Origin: Octopus vulgaris
Lineage: Eukaryota
Assembly (NCBI GenBank): GCA_951406725.2
Contig: OX597843.1
Location: 4,464,001 to 4,528,000 of the forward strand
Direction of reading: 5' to 3'
Length of the DNA: 64,000 bases
In this document: positions 11,743-24,900 of the stretch, piece by piece
How the letters are laid out: each line of letters starts with the position of its first letter
Numbering within the stretch: the first letter of the stretch is position 1
Notes under the pieces: model-generated
What the model was told of the DNA's origin: nothing
Seen by the model: only the letters and a program-made list of their open reading frames with translations
The model's database searches: none
Program-made: the position numbers and the translations under genes

Positions 11743-12500
11743 TGTATATTTATTTAGTATTTTTAATGTTCGTGATTAAGACGAATATTCCAGCCAATGC
11801 CTCCAAGAAACTCTTGGGTACTCCCGTGTTTCTCCTACATTTCCCCTTGGAATACTGCTTTTCATGTCCCCATTACCATCGTATGAAACGTTCTTCGCTG
11901 TAAACCTCAACGTGGCTTCAATTTAAGCGCCACGCCAGGTTTTAGGTCTCCACAGAAATTTAAAAAAAAAAGTCGGTCACTTGTTGAATGAAAAAGTTGT
12001 AAGTGAAACACGATTTACCTAATTTAGAGGTGATTTAATTATTCCGGAGAGGATTGAGTGTTGGTGTGAACTATTCGGGGTTGAATTTGTGAGAAGCTTT
12101 TGGTCAAAAAAAAAAAAAAATAATAAGTAAAACGGACGAAAGCTGCGCAATTAAAAATTGATACTGGTGTTCAGTTAATGATGAGAGATGTCATAAAAAA
12201 CTAACTTGGCTTTCCAGAATTACCGAAACGAATCGGGGCTTACCCAAAGTTCGTTTACTCTCTCTCTCTGTCGTAGAAAAGTAGATATTTTTTAATGGAA
12301 TTTTCTGTAAATTCCTTTCAGTAGGTTCTGATTAGTTCTGAAGAGGATTCCAGTTTAAGGTCTTCAGTTTTTGGTATTTTCAGAAAATTTTGCAAATTTG
12401 TGTTAAACTCATGGGAATTCATACCATTATTGGGAAAAAAAGTGTGATTTGAGGGCAATTTAGCAGGGGGAAAAAAAGCACTTTTTAATTAATTTTTGTT

Positions 12501-12519
<19 letters not shown>

Positions 12520-12531
<12 letters not shown>

Positions 12532-12882
12532 AATTATTATATACAGTGCTCAGGTGCACCACAACTTGTCGGAGTATATGCAGTGATGTAGAAATGTCTG
12601 GGAAGTGAACAGTGTATGAGTCAGATAGATGCTTGTGTGTGTGTGTATGGAGGGGAGAAGATCAGGTGTAGTGTTGGCGAATCTTAGGAAGTTTTCAAGG
12701 ATGCAATGCTCCGACAACCAACAACTGATGCCAGCAGTTTGTTCCATGCTTCAGCAACTCTTAGCGTGAAAAAATGTTTCCTAAAGTCATGGAAGGAGCT
12801 GTGCTGTTTTCTGACTTTGTAAACATGTCCACGGGTGTTAGATGGGTGGAGTTTGAAAAGGTGCTCAGAGTTATTGTTTGTA
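12520..12882 (-). mobile_element. CR1-clade LINE 3' end (single, unamplified copy)
   Basis: Reverse complement of 3815-4060 plus 4800-4947. Confidence 0.85.
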
Positions 12883-13479
12883 GTTTATGATTACTTCTCT
12901 GAGATGTAAAATATTACTTTAATTTACGTAATTTAATATATAATAACCCTAATCACAAAATTGAGCTTAATTAAAAGAACGTCCTACTGTATGTTTGAAA
13001 AATTAAAACAAAAATAATGCTGAAAACTTCATTAAGTGTTGAAGCTCATTAAAAATTAATTTTCCTACAACCTGATTCTGTGCTCTGAGACAGAAATTCT
13101 TCCAGGGTCTTCCCCTCATTCACATATTCCAGAGGAGAGGTGGGGGTTGTTCGAACCCTAATTGTTAAACGTTTTGTGTCAATAATAAAGGAGAGAACAA
13201 AAATTATTTTACAGGCCCGTGTCTATGCATACACACGTGTGTGTGTGTTTATACACAGCTTACGTTTGGTCCACACTTAAAATGGGTTTTTGGACCATGT
13301 TTTTGCGAACCCTTAAAAGTGATGGTCAAAAGAGTGTGTTCAGTTAACTAGAAATTGTGTTGAATTCTGTCTGTCAAAAGGAAAAGATCCTATACTTGTG
13401 TTTGTGTGTGTATGTGATCAACTATTCTGAAGAACTTAGTCGTTCAGAATTGCCGTTAAAATCGCAATTTATTAATGAA

Positions 13480-13788
13480 AAAATCGGAGACAAGACTACC
13501 GAACGTCGCAGCGGTGTCATCCTACGTAACTCGAGATCCCTTAAAAAAAAAACCAATGAAAATAAGGGAAACTTAGCCTGGAACAAAAGAGGCGGGAGTT
13601 CCCCAGCTGGTCCCCCACTTTGTAACCGAACACTTGGCTGGAAATGGCGCGTTATTTATTTACTTTTTTAAAATGATCATTTCCTGTCACGGCTTTATTG
13701 TGTGTCTCGTTGTGCAAAAGGGGCGAACTTGTCGCTCCTTCTTTGATCTCCTACCATTGGCCTGGGATGAAACGATAGCTTTGGATTT
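13480..13788 (+). promoter_or_regulatory. Candidate Jade promoter/5' UTR
   Basis: Non-repetitive, relatively CpG-rich; YY1-like AAATGGCG at 13642; lies just upstream of the candidate start exon. Inference only. Confidence 0.35.
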
Positions 13789-13804
13789 ATGGCTGTAGAT
13801 GTAG
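13789..13804 (+). CDS. Jade: Jade candidate coding exon 1 (MAVDV-)
   Basis: ATG GCT GTA GAT GTA G|GTATTT gives the phase-1 donor that exon 2 needs; no homology support. Confidence 0.5.
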
Positions 13805-15935
13805 GTATTTCGATCGTTGCTCTATAATACTTGTTAGTTTATATAACCGTATAGTATTCATTATAGAAGCAAAAATTATTGCAAAGTGACTCCAGGGTTT
13901 GAGAACTTCGTATATATCTGCACCTAACAGTTTGATTAGCCACCAAAATATCCATATCTATGTCTTAATGTTTGAATATATGTCTGTCAATATATTTATG
14001 TCTATATCTACGTCTCTGGGGTTTATATCTACACGTCTCTGGGGTCTATATCTCTCTGTGTCTGTCTATAATTGGGTACCCTATAATTGTCTCTATATCT
14101 GTCTCTGTGTCAGTACATCTACATATCTATGTCTTAATGTTTGAATATATGTCTGTCAATATATTTAAGTCTATATCTACACGTCTCTAGGGTCTATATC
14201 TCTGTGTGTCTGTCTATAATTGGGTACTTGTATAGTACCCTATAATTGTCTCTATATATCTGTCTCTGTGTCAGTACATCTACATATCTATGTCTTAATG
14301 TTTGAATATGTCTGTCAATATATATATGTCTATATCTACACGTCTCTAGGGTCTATATCTCTGTGTGTCTGTCTATAATTGGGTACTTGTATAGTACCCT
14401 ATAATTGTCTCTATATCTGTCTCTGTGTCAGTACATCTACATATCTATGTCTTAATGTTTGAATATATGTCTGTCAATATATTTATGTCTATATCTACAC
14501 GTCTCTAGGGTCTATCTCTCTGTGTGTCTGTCTATAATTGGGTACTTGTATAGTACCCTATAATTGTCTCTATATCTGTCTCTGTGTCAGTACATCTACA
14601 TATCTATGTCTTAATGTTTGAATATATGTCTGTCAATATATATATGTCTATATCTACACGTCTCTAGGGTCTATATCTCTGTGTGTCTGTCTATAATTGG
14701 GTACTTGTATAGTACCCCATAATTGTCTCTATATATCTGTCTCTGTGTCAGTACATCTACATATCTATGTCTTAATGTTTGAATATATGTCTGTCAATAT
14801 ATATATGTCTATATCTACACGTCTCTGGGGTCTATATCTCTGTGTGTCTGTCTATAATTGGGTACTTCCATAATTGTCTCTATATATCTGTCTCTGTGTC
14901 AGTACATCTACATATCTATGTCTTAATGTTTGAATATATGTCTGTCAATATATTTAAGTCTATATCTACACGTCTCTGGGGTCTATATCTGTGTGTCTGT
15001 CTATAATTGGGTACTTGTATAGTACCCTATAATTGTCTCTGTGTCAGTACATCTACATATCTATGTCTTAATGTTTGAATATATGTCTGTCAATATATTT
15101 AAGTCTATATCTACACGTCTCTGGGGTCTATATCTGTGTGTCTGTCTATAATTGGGTACTTGTATAGTACCCTATAATTGTCTCTGTGTCAGTACATCTA
15201 CATATCTATGTCTTAATGTTTGAATATATGTCTGTCAATATATTTATGTCTATATCTACACGTCTCTAGGGTCTATATCTCTCTGTGTCTGTCTATAATT
15301 GGGTACTTGTATAGTATCCTATAATTGTCTCTATATATCTGTACATGTGTGTGTGTGTGTGTGTGTGTTTGATGGGGTGTGGGAGACAGACAGTATGTTG
15401 TGTAAGTAAAGTGCTTCTGTTAGTGTGTGTGAAGAGACAGAGAGAGTAATGTGTGAAAGAAAGAGATAACTGAAATTTTTAACTCGGTGTATGTGTGTAT
15501 GTTTGTATGCATGTGTGTGTGTATGTATCTATGTATGTGTGTGTGTGTGTGTGTATGTATATCTGTGTGTTTGCCTCTTTCTTGTGTAAATATGAATGTC
15601 TTTCCTGTTTTACTCGTTCGAGCCGTTGGACTTGCTGCAATCCTGGGGCACCGCCTTGTAGGGTTTAATCGACTCCCGGAGTATTTCCGAAACCGTTAAC
15701 GAACCATCACTGTTTGTCAAGTGGGTTGAAAGTGACAAACATGAAGACACACACGTTTGCTACACGGGGCTTCCACACAGTTTCAAAACTTGGGTACTAA
15801 ACCTAAAATAGCATAGTTGCATAACGATTTTCTTAATTATTATTGCCACACCTATGTAGAGGGAAACTGAGAGAAGCCTATCGTCTGTCTATCCATCCAT
15901 CTATTTATCTGTCTATCTATTTATCTATTTATCTG

Positions 15936-15996
<61 letters not shown>

Positions 15997-18900
15997 GTTC
16001 TTGTATTTGTCCGTTACCGCCGCTTGACAACCGGTGTTGGTGTGTTTATTTCCCTGTAACAAGCAGTTCGGCAAAAGAATCTGATATAAGTACCGTACCA
16101 GGCTTTAAAAACACAAGTACCTGGGTCTATTCGCTCGACTAAAAAATTCTTTAGGGCGGTGCCCCAGCATGGCCGCGCAGTCCGGTGACTGAAACCATTA
16201 AATGATAAAAGCCGTTTGTCTGTGTGTGTTTGTGTATATGTATGTATGTAGACAAACACAACGCCTGACCTACATTATCCAGTGTGTATAATTGAGGTCA
16301 AAGCGATCTTATCTCTTATGGCGCGGTTTTCCCTTTCATCCCCGACAGACCTTGGGACATGACCACGTGTATATTTTCCCGGTTTCTCTAACCGCCGTTT
16401 ACATTTCTTATATACATAAAACCCCTAACGAAGGCCTTCTCGACCCCTCTCTCCCTGTTGTCATCATTTAGTGTTTTTCGAGTGTTCTTGCTATCGATTT
16501 CGTCTCTCTTTTAATATACCCCTCTATTACTTATCTAAAACAACATTTTCATTGATATGCTGTTCAGATATGGCATAACCTTACTTGAATTCGTATATTT
16601 AGTTGGCGGAATTCTAATTCGCCATTTAGGCAATCTTTCGTCTCTAGTAGACCTTTCCGTCGATTTCCGTAAAAAACTTCGTTTTTTTTTTTACATATGG
16701 GCTTGCGGGAACTTTTGAAGTAATGAGAACGAAAGAGACTAAGAGAAAGCGATTGTATGACGAGGGAAGTTCTTTTGAAGTTACCGTCCAGGGGAAGCAT
16801 TGATGTACATGTGTGTGTGTGTGTGTTTGATGGGGTGTGGGAGACATACAGTATGTTGTGTAAGTGAAGTGCTTCTGTTAGTGTGTGTGAAGAGACAGAG
16901 TAATGTGTGAAAGAAAGAGATAACTGACATTTTTTACTCGGTGTATGTGTATATGCATGTATGTGTGTGTGTGTGTATGTATCTATGTATGTGTGTGTGT
17001 GTGTATCTATGTATGTGTGTGTGTGTATCTATGTATGTGTGTGTGTGTGTGTATGTATCTATGTGTGTGTATATGTATGTATATTACTTCAAAAGTTCCC
17101 GCAAGCCCATATATAAAAAAAAAAATTTACGAAAATCGACGGAAAGGTCTTCTAGAGACGAAAGATCGCCCTAATGGCTAATTTAAGCACCCCATATAAC
17201 TCCTCGTAATTTTATTTTTTGGAATTTTCAAAAAGTTTGGCATCCCTTCGATATAACTCGACAAAACCAAAACATTTCGCTTCGGGTATTTCCGTGGGTT
17301 TGTGGAATAGAGATATAACGAAATTATGCCAGCAATGTCTCATTTTAAACTTGAATTAAAAAAAGCCTTGCATATTTGTTCTTCCCTGTTTCATGTGTGT
17401 ATGTAGAATCCGCAAATTTCCAAGCAGAAAACAGAATCGAACTGTCATTTGCTTCCACGGAAATAACCGAAGTGAAGTGTTTTGATTTTGTCGAGTTATA
17501 TCGAAAGAATGCCGAAAAGTTTTTGCGAATTTATGTTCTACATGGGAACTCATACGATTATGCAATAAAAAGTATTTTTAAAGTCTTTTCAAAGTGTGTG
17601 AGTTAAGGATGATTTAGCTGTCGTTTTTAGCACACACGGGAATTCATACGGTTATTTAAAAATTAAAAAAAAAATTGTTTATACCCAGCCCCTAAATCCT
17701 AAAATTTGCACTCCTTTTCGAATTTTTTGTAATCAGATTAAAATAAGGACAGTCCGAATTCTGGGGAGAAAAATATTGATAAAGAAACAAGGAAGGTGGC
17801 GGTTACTCTCTTTTACTTGTTTCAGTCATTTGACTGCGGCCATGCTGGAGCACCGCCTTTAATCGAGCAACTCGACCCCGGGATTTATTATTTTGTAAGC
17901 CCAGTACTTATTCTATCGGTCTCTTTTGCCGAACCGCTAAGTAACGGGGACATAAACACACCAGCATCGGTTGTCAAGCAATGCTAGGGGGACAAACACA
18001 CACACGCATATATATATACATATATGCGACGGGCTTCTTTCAGTTTCCGTCTACCAAATCCACTCACAAGGCTTTGGTCGGCCCGAGGCTATAGTAGAAG
18101 ACACTTGCCCAAGATGCCACGCAGTGGGTCTGAACCCGGAACCATGTGGTTGGTAAGCAAGCTACTTACCACACAGCCACTCCTGCGCCTATTGGTAGTG
18201 ATTTATACTAAAAATAAGTTAAATCGCCCTTAAATCACCCATTTTTTTTTGTTTGGTATTTGCATAATGGTATGAATTCCTGTGTATAGAATGCGGCCCC
18301 ACTGGGGCACCACCTTGAAAATATTTTACTTGTTTGTTAAGGCTTGCGATACTTCATTGATCTCTTTACGGTGATGTAAACATACTAACACTGCTTATTA
18401 AGCAGTGGTGGAGGACACACACACACATATATATATACGACGGGCTTCTTTCAGTTTCCATTTACTAGATTCACTCAAGGCATTGGTCAGCCGGAGGCCA
18501 TAGAAGACACTTGCCCAATGTGCCACGCAGTGGGACTGAACCCGGAACGCCTGCGCCTAGTTAATCTAAATTTTATAGACTGACTTTATCAATATACTAG
18601 CAGTATTGGTGCAGGAGTGGCTGTGTGGTAAGTAGCTTGCTAACCAACCACATGGTTCCGGGTTCAGTCCCACTGCGTGGCATCTTGGGCAAGTGTCTTC
18701 TAGTATAGCCCCGGGCCGACCAATGCCTTGTGAATGGATTTGGTAGACAGAAACTGAAAGAAGCCTGTCGTATATATGTATATATATATATGTTTGTGTG
18801 TTTGTGTTTGTCCCCATAGCATTGCTTGACAACCAATGCTGGTGTGTTTACGTCGCCGTCACTTAGCGGTTCGGCAAAAGAGACCGATAGAATAAGTACT

Positions 18901-21900
18901 GGGCTTACAAAGAATAAGTCTCGGAGTCGATTTGCTCGACTAAAGGCGGTGCTCCAGCATGGCCGCAGTCAAATGACTGAAACAAGTAAAAGAGTAAAGA
19001 GAGTATATTGATAAACTGACACAAGTTAAAACAAAATATAATAAGTGGTTTTTAAGCTTGTATGTATTCGCTTCGCTTATTCAGGATATTCAATTCTATT
19101 TTTATATGTTCCCCTGGATTGTTTTGGTTTTATTAGTTCTGCAGGTAGTCTGTGCCTAATGTCTTCTTGCCTTGTCTTGAGACAGCATTTACCCGGGGTA
19201 GGTTGAGCTGGCTTCATTCATCCTCAATGCTGCATCTCTCACAGACGCTGAGCAGGCCTGGCGATTTGAGGCCAACAACTGTGTGATCTCCAACCACTCC
19301 TTATTCCAGCGGCGAACACTGTAGATATGGGGTCCTAGGTTGGGTTCCAGATCAGCCTTGACTGTCATCAGCCAGGTTTATCGTTGTCCACCACATCGCT
19401 TTCGCCAACCCTGAAAGGGAGCTGGGGCAATTGCTTCGTGGGTTGGGTTCCAGATCAGCCTTGACTGTCATCAGCCAGGTTTATCGTTGTCCACCACATC
19501 GCTTTCGCCAACCCTGAAAGGGAGCTGGGGCAATTGCTTTGTGGGTTGGGTTCCAGATCAGCATTGACTGTCATCAGCCAGGTTTATCGTTGTCCACCAC
19601 ATCGCTTTCGCCAACCCTGAAAGGGAGCTGGGGCAATTGCTTCGTGGGTTGGGTTCCAGATCAGCCTTGACTGTCATCAGCCAGGTTTTTTATTGTCCAC
19701 CACATCGCTTTTGCCAACCCTGAAGGGGAGCTGGGGCAATTGCTTCGTGGGTTGGGTTCCAGATCAGCCTTGACTGTCATCAGCCAGGTTTTTCGTTGTC
19801 CACCACATCGCTTTTACCAACCCTGAAGGGGAGCTGGGGCAATTGCTTCGTGGGTTGGGTTCCAGATCAGCCTTGACTGTCATCAGCCAGGTTTTTCGTT
19901 GTCCACCACATCGCTTTCGCCAACCCTGAAGGGGAGCTGGGGCAATTGCTTCGTGGGTTGGGTTCCAGATCAGCGTTGACTGTCATCAGCCAGGTTTTTC
20001 GTTGACCACCACATCGCTTTTACCAACCCTGAAGGGGAGCTGGGGCAATTGCTTCGTGGGTTGGGTTCCAGATCAGCCTTGACTGTCATCAGCCAGGTTT
20101 ATCGTTGTCCACCACATCGCTTTCGCCAACCCTGAAAGGGAGCTGGGGCAATTGCTTCGTGGGTTGGGTTCCAGATCAGCATTGACTGTCATCAGCCAGG
20201 TTTATCGTTGTCCACCACATCGCTTTCGCCAACCCTGAAAGGGAGCTGGGGCAATTGCTTCGTAGGTTGGGTTCCAGATCAGCCTTGACTGTCATCAGCC
20301 AGGTTTTTCGTTGTCCACCACATCGCTTTCGCCAACCCTGAAAGGGAGCTGGGGCAATTGCTTCGTGGGTTGGGTTCCAGATCAGCCTTGACTGTCATCA
20401 GCCAGGTTTTTTGTTGTCCACCACATCGCTTTCGCCAACCCTGAAGGGGAGCTGGGGCAATTGCTTCGTGGGTTGGGTTCCAGATCAGCCTTGACTGTCA
20501 TCAGCCAGGTTTTTCGTTGTCCACCACATCGCTTTTACCAACCCTGAAGGGGAGCTGGGGCAATTGCTTCGTGGGTTGGGTTCCAGATCAGCCTTGTCTG
20601 TCATCAGCCAGGTTTTTCGTTGTCCACCACATCGCTTTTACCAACCCTGAAGGGGAGCTGGGGCAATTGCTTCGTGGGTTGGGTTCCAGATCAGCCTTGA
20701 CTGTCATCAGCCAGGTTTATCGTTGTCCACCACATCGCTTTTACCAACTTTGAAGGGGAGCTGGGGCAATTGCTTCGTGGGTTGGGTTCCAGATCAGCCT
20801 TGACTGTCATCAGCCAGGTTTTTCGTTGTCCACCACATCGCTTTTGCCAACCCTGAAGGGGAGCTGGGGCAATTGCTTCGTGGGTTGGGTTCCAGATCAG
20901 CCTTGACTGTCATCAGCCAGGTTTTTCGTTGTCCACCACATCGCTTTTGCCAACCCTGAAGGGGAGCTGGGGCAATTGCTTCGTGGGTTGGGTTCCAGAT
21001 CAGCATTGACTGTCATCAGCCAGGTTTTTCGTTGTCCACCACATCGCTTTTACCAACCCTGAAGGGGAGCTGGGGCAATTGCTTCGTGGGTTGGGTTCCA
21101 GATCAGCCTTGACTGTCATCAGCCAGGTTTTTCGTTGTCCACCACATCGCTTTTGCCAACCCTGAAGGGGAGCTGGGGCAATTGCTTCGTGGGTTGGGTT
21201 CCAGATCAGCCTTGACTGTCATCAGCCAGGTTTTTCGTTGTCCACCACATCGCTTTCGCCAACCCTGAAGGGAAGCTGGGGCAATTGCTTCGTGGGTTGG
21301 GTTCCAGATCAGCCTTGACTGTCATCAGCCAGGTTTTTCATTGTCCACCACATCGCTTTCGCCAACCCTGAAGGGAAGCTGGGGCAATTGCTTAGTAGAT
21401 GAATTCTCCTGTGCCTAACGTTATAAACCCAAACTCGAATCGAATATCAAAGTTTAAAATGTTGTAATCAACTAAAAATACTGCAATATGCAATACAAAC
21501 AAAGCAAAACCAAACTTCGACGCAATAACATTTTTATGCAGCGAGTTGCTACCAACACTGAACATGTCGTGCCGCAAACAGAACAGAACTCCGCGCAGTT
21601 GCACTGCGGGCATATAACAGCAATCGAGGCAATCAAAATCAGGTGATCACAACACCTAAGATGAAAGATCACCAATTTTTTCAGTATTATAATTTCCTTT
21701 ATGAAATAAAAGAATACTTGACCCTCCCCTCAAAACCACCTTTTTGCTATTCTCAGAGCTACAATATTGATTTCAAATTGCCGAGCAAGCTTATTGAAAG
21801 CCTGCACTATATTTCCCCCCTTTTTTTTCCCCCTGTCTTATGAGACTCACATAAAACTGTTCTGACCCCTGAACTGTGAATATTTATTAAAATATTTTCT

Positions 21901-24900
21901 ATCTTTTATTTCAGTTGTCATCGACTCATCACAATGTCCATTCGCAGTAAAAGAACATTTTGGATGGAACAAAGTCCAGGTTAGGAACTGAAAGACCCTT
22001 TTTTCTTTTTCTCTCTCTCTTACTTTTCTCACTTTTATGCTAGCCAGACAGGGAATTGAGGCTTTTTGATGATTTGCCGTACTTGGGAAGTCCGGCCATG
22101 CTCAGATGGTGTTTTTTATGTGCCACCTGAACAGGAACCAGTCCAGCAGCACTGGCAATGATCTCGCTCGAATGTTTTTTTTCACATGCCAGTAAGGCGA
22201 TGCTGGTAATGATCACGCTCGAATGGTTCTTTTTATGTGCTACCTGCACGGAATCCAGTTAACCGCTCTGGCAACGATCACTCTCGGATGGTGCTCTTAG
22301 CGCGCTACTAGCATGGATACCAGTCATCGAATTTGATTTCGATTTCACTTGCCTCAACAGGTCTTCTCAAGCGGTCTTGGATAAGATAAGTCACAGCTGA
22401 ACTGTTCATGCTGATAATAACTTTGCAACAAGGCCGAGACAGTAAAAAGCAATTTGCATAAAGACTGGCAAAATTCAGGATAAGTTACAGCAAATGAAAT
22501 AAAAAGGTATAGTGTGTTGCTAGAGTTATATCGTCGTTTAGCGTCCACTTTCCATGCTAGCATGGGTTGGATGGTTCGACCGGGGTCTGGGAAGCCAGAA
22601 GGCTGCACCAGGCTCCAGTCTGATCTGGCAATGTTTCTACAGCTGGATGCCCTTCCTAATGCCAACCACTCCATAAGTGTAGTGGGTGCTTTTAAAGTGC
22701 CACCGGCACAGGTGCCAGACGAGTCTGGCAAACGGCCACGATTGGATGGTGCTTTTTATGTGCCACCAGCACGGGGACCAGTAAGTACAAATCTTCAAGA
22801 GACCTTGGGAGGATTTATTTTAGGCAAGCCCCTGAGGTACACTGAAAGCCCAGGGAAGAGTATGCAGGAACTGGGTAGAAAATATTTTTCTGACAAAAAA
22901 CAATATAGAAGGTAATAAATAAGGAATGGTTTCATAGAGTAAAAGAGGTGTAGTGACAAGTTGAAAAGTTATAAAAGATTGATGCCAGGGTTTGATGTTG
23001 AGCTACCAGTGATGAAACTGCACTTGTATTGAAGTTAAGGAGTTAAAAAATAAGGGATGAATTATATATATATATACAGGATGTCCTAGAAGTCGCGCAC
23101 CATTCTGGTTTTCATTGAAAATAATTAAAGCAGTTTATTTTATAATATTTTTTCTGCATGTTTTATTGTAGAGGGTGCTCAATTTGAGCATTTGTTACAA
23201 TTGATTTCAATAAAGTGTTTTTGAAAGCAATAAGGGTGTATTCTTTTAAAAAAACCAGGATGGTGCGCAACTTCTGGAACACCCTGTGTGTATGTGTGTA
23301 TATATATATATGATAGGCTTCTTTCAGTTTCCACCTACCAAATCCACTCGTAACATTTTGCTTGGTCCAAGGCTAGACGATATTTACCCAAGGTGTCATA
23401 GTGGGATTGAACCCAGAACCACGTGGTTGAGAGGTAATCTTATTACCACACATCCATACAAGCACACATGAATATATACGTATGTGTGTGTCTATATATC
23501 TCCTCTTGTAGTGTTTTAATTAGTTTTGGTGCTATAATAGAAAATACTTGCCCAAGGTGTCACACTGTGGGACTTTCAGAAGAGGGCTTCTTAGACTGCA
23601 CAGCCCCTGTTACAGGTTATATATGTCATCAAAATTAGGTGGTTTTATGAAGGATTTGCAACTTACATGAAACAAACAAAAAAACGTTTTGGTTTTATTT
23701 TGCTAATTTTTCTATTTTTCCTTGTATTGCAGATAATGAAAGTTTTCGTGAGAAACGAGCACGCCTCAGCAGTGATGAAGAAGAGGATCGACGGAGTAAG
23801 TAATTATTATTATTATTATTAGCAGTGGGGGGGAAAAAAATCAAAAGGGAATACTATATTGTAGGGAGTATTAGTGGAGGCGCAATGGGGCAGCGGACTC
23901 GCGGTCGTAGGATCGCGGTTTCGATTCCCAGACCGGGCGTTGTGAGTGTTTATTGAGCGAAAACACCTAAAAAGCTCCACGAGGCTCCGGCAGGGGATGG
24001 TGGTGATCCCTGCTGTTCTCTTTCACCACAACTTTCTCTCACTCTTACTTCCTATTTCTGTTGTACCCGTATTTCAAAGGGCCGGCCTTGTCACTCTATG
24101 TGTCACGCTGAATATCCCCGAGAACTACGTTAAGGGTGCACGTGTCTGTGGAGTGCTCAGCCACTTGCACGTTAATTTCACGAGCAGGCTGTTCCGTTGA
24201 TTCGAATCAACCGGAACCCTCGTCGTCGTAACCGACGGAGTGCTTCCATCATCAGGGAGTACTATATTGTAGTGAAGGCGCATGGCTCAGTGGTTAGAGC
24301 GTCGAGCACGGGAGCCAAAAGGGGGCTGGCATCGACTACGTTTGGATGGTGCTTTTGGCAGAATCGTTAGCACACCGGGCGAAATGCTTAGCAGTATTTC
24401 GTCTGCCGTTGCGTTCTGAGTTCAAATTCCGCCGAGGTCGACTTTGCCTTTCATCCTTTCGAGGTCGATAAATTAAGTACCAGTTGCGTACTGGGGGTCG
24501 ATCTAAATTGACTAGCCCCCCTCTCCCCAAAATTTCAGGCCTTGTGCCTAGAGTAGAAAAAGAGATTATTATTATTATTATTATTATTATTAGTAGTAGT
24601 AGTAGTAGTAGCAGTAGTAGTAGTAGTAGTAGCAGCAGTAGTAGTAGTAAGGTAATGAGGGGGCAGAACCACTCCTGCTCCGGGCAAAATGCTTGGCAGT
24701 ATTTCATCAATCTTGGTGTTGTGAGTTCAAATTCCACTGAAGTCGACTTTGCTTTTTATCCTTTGTGGGGGTCAATGAAATAAATACCAGTTGAGCTCTG
24801 GGATCAATGTATCCGACTTAGCCCCTACCCTGAAATTGCTTGCCTTGTTCCAATATTTGAAGCCGTTTCTGTACCAAGGCAAAATACTTGGCACCATTTT

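Noticed and set aside
11770-11940. Possible minus-strand coding exon
   Set aside because: Unique-looking, but no convincing splice pair or recognisable peptide.
19338-21393. CRISPR array or repeat-protein gene
   Set aside because: Contiguous 103-bp units without spacers; period is not a multiple of 3 and frames contain stops.
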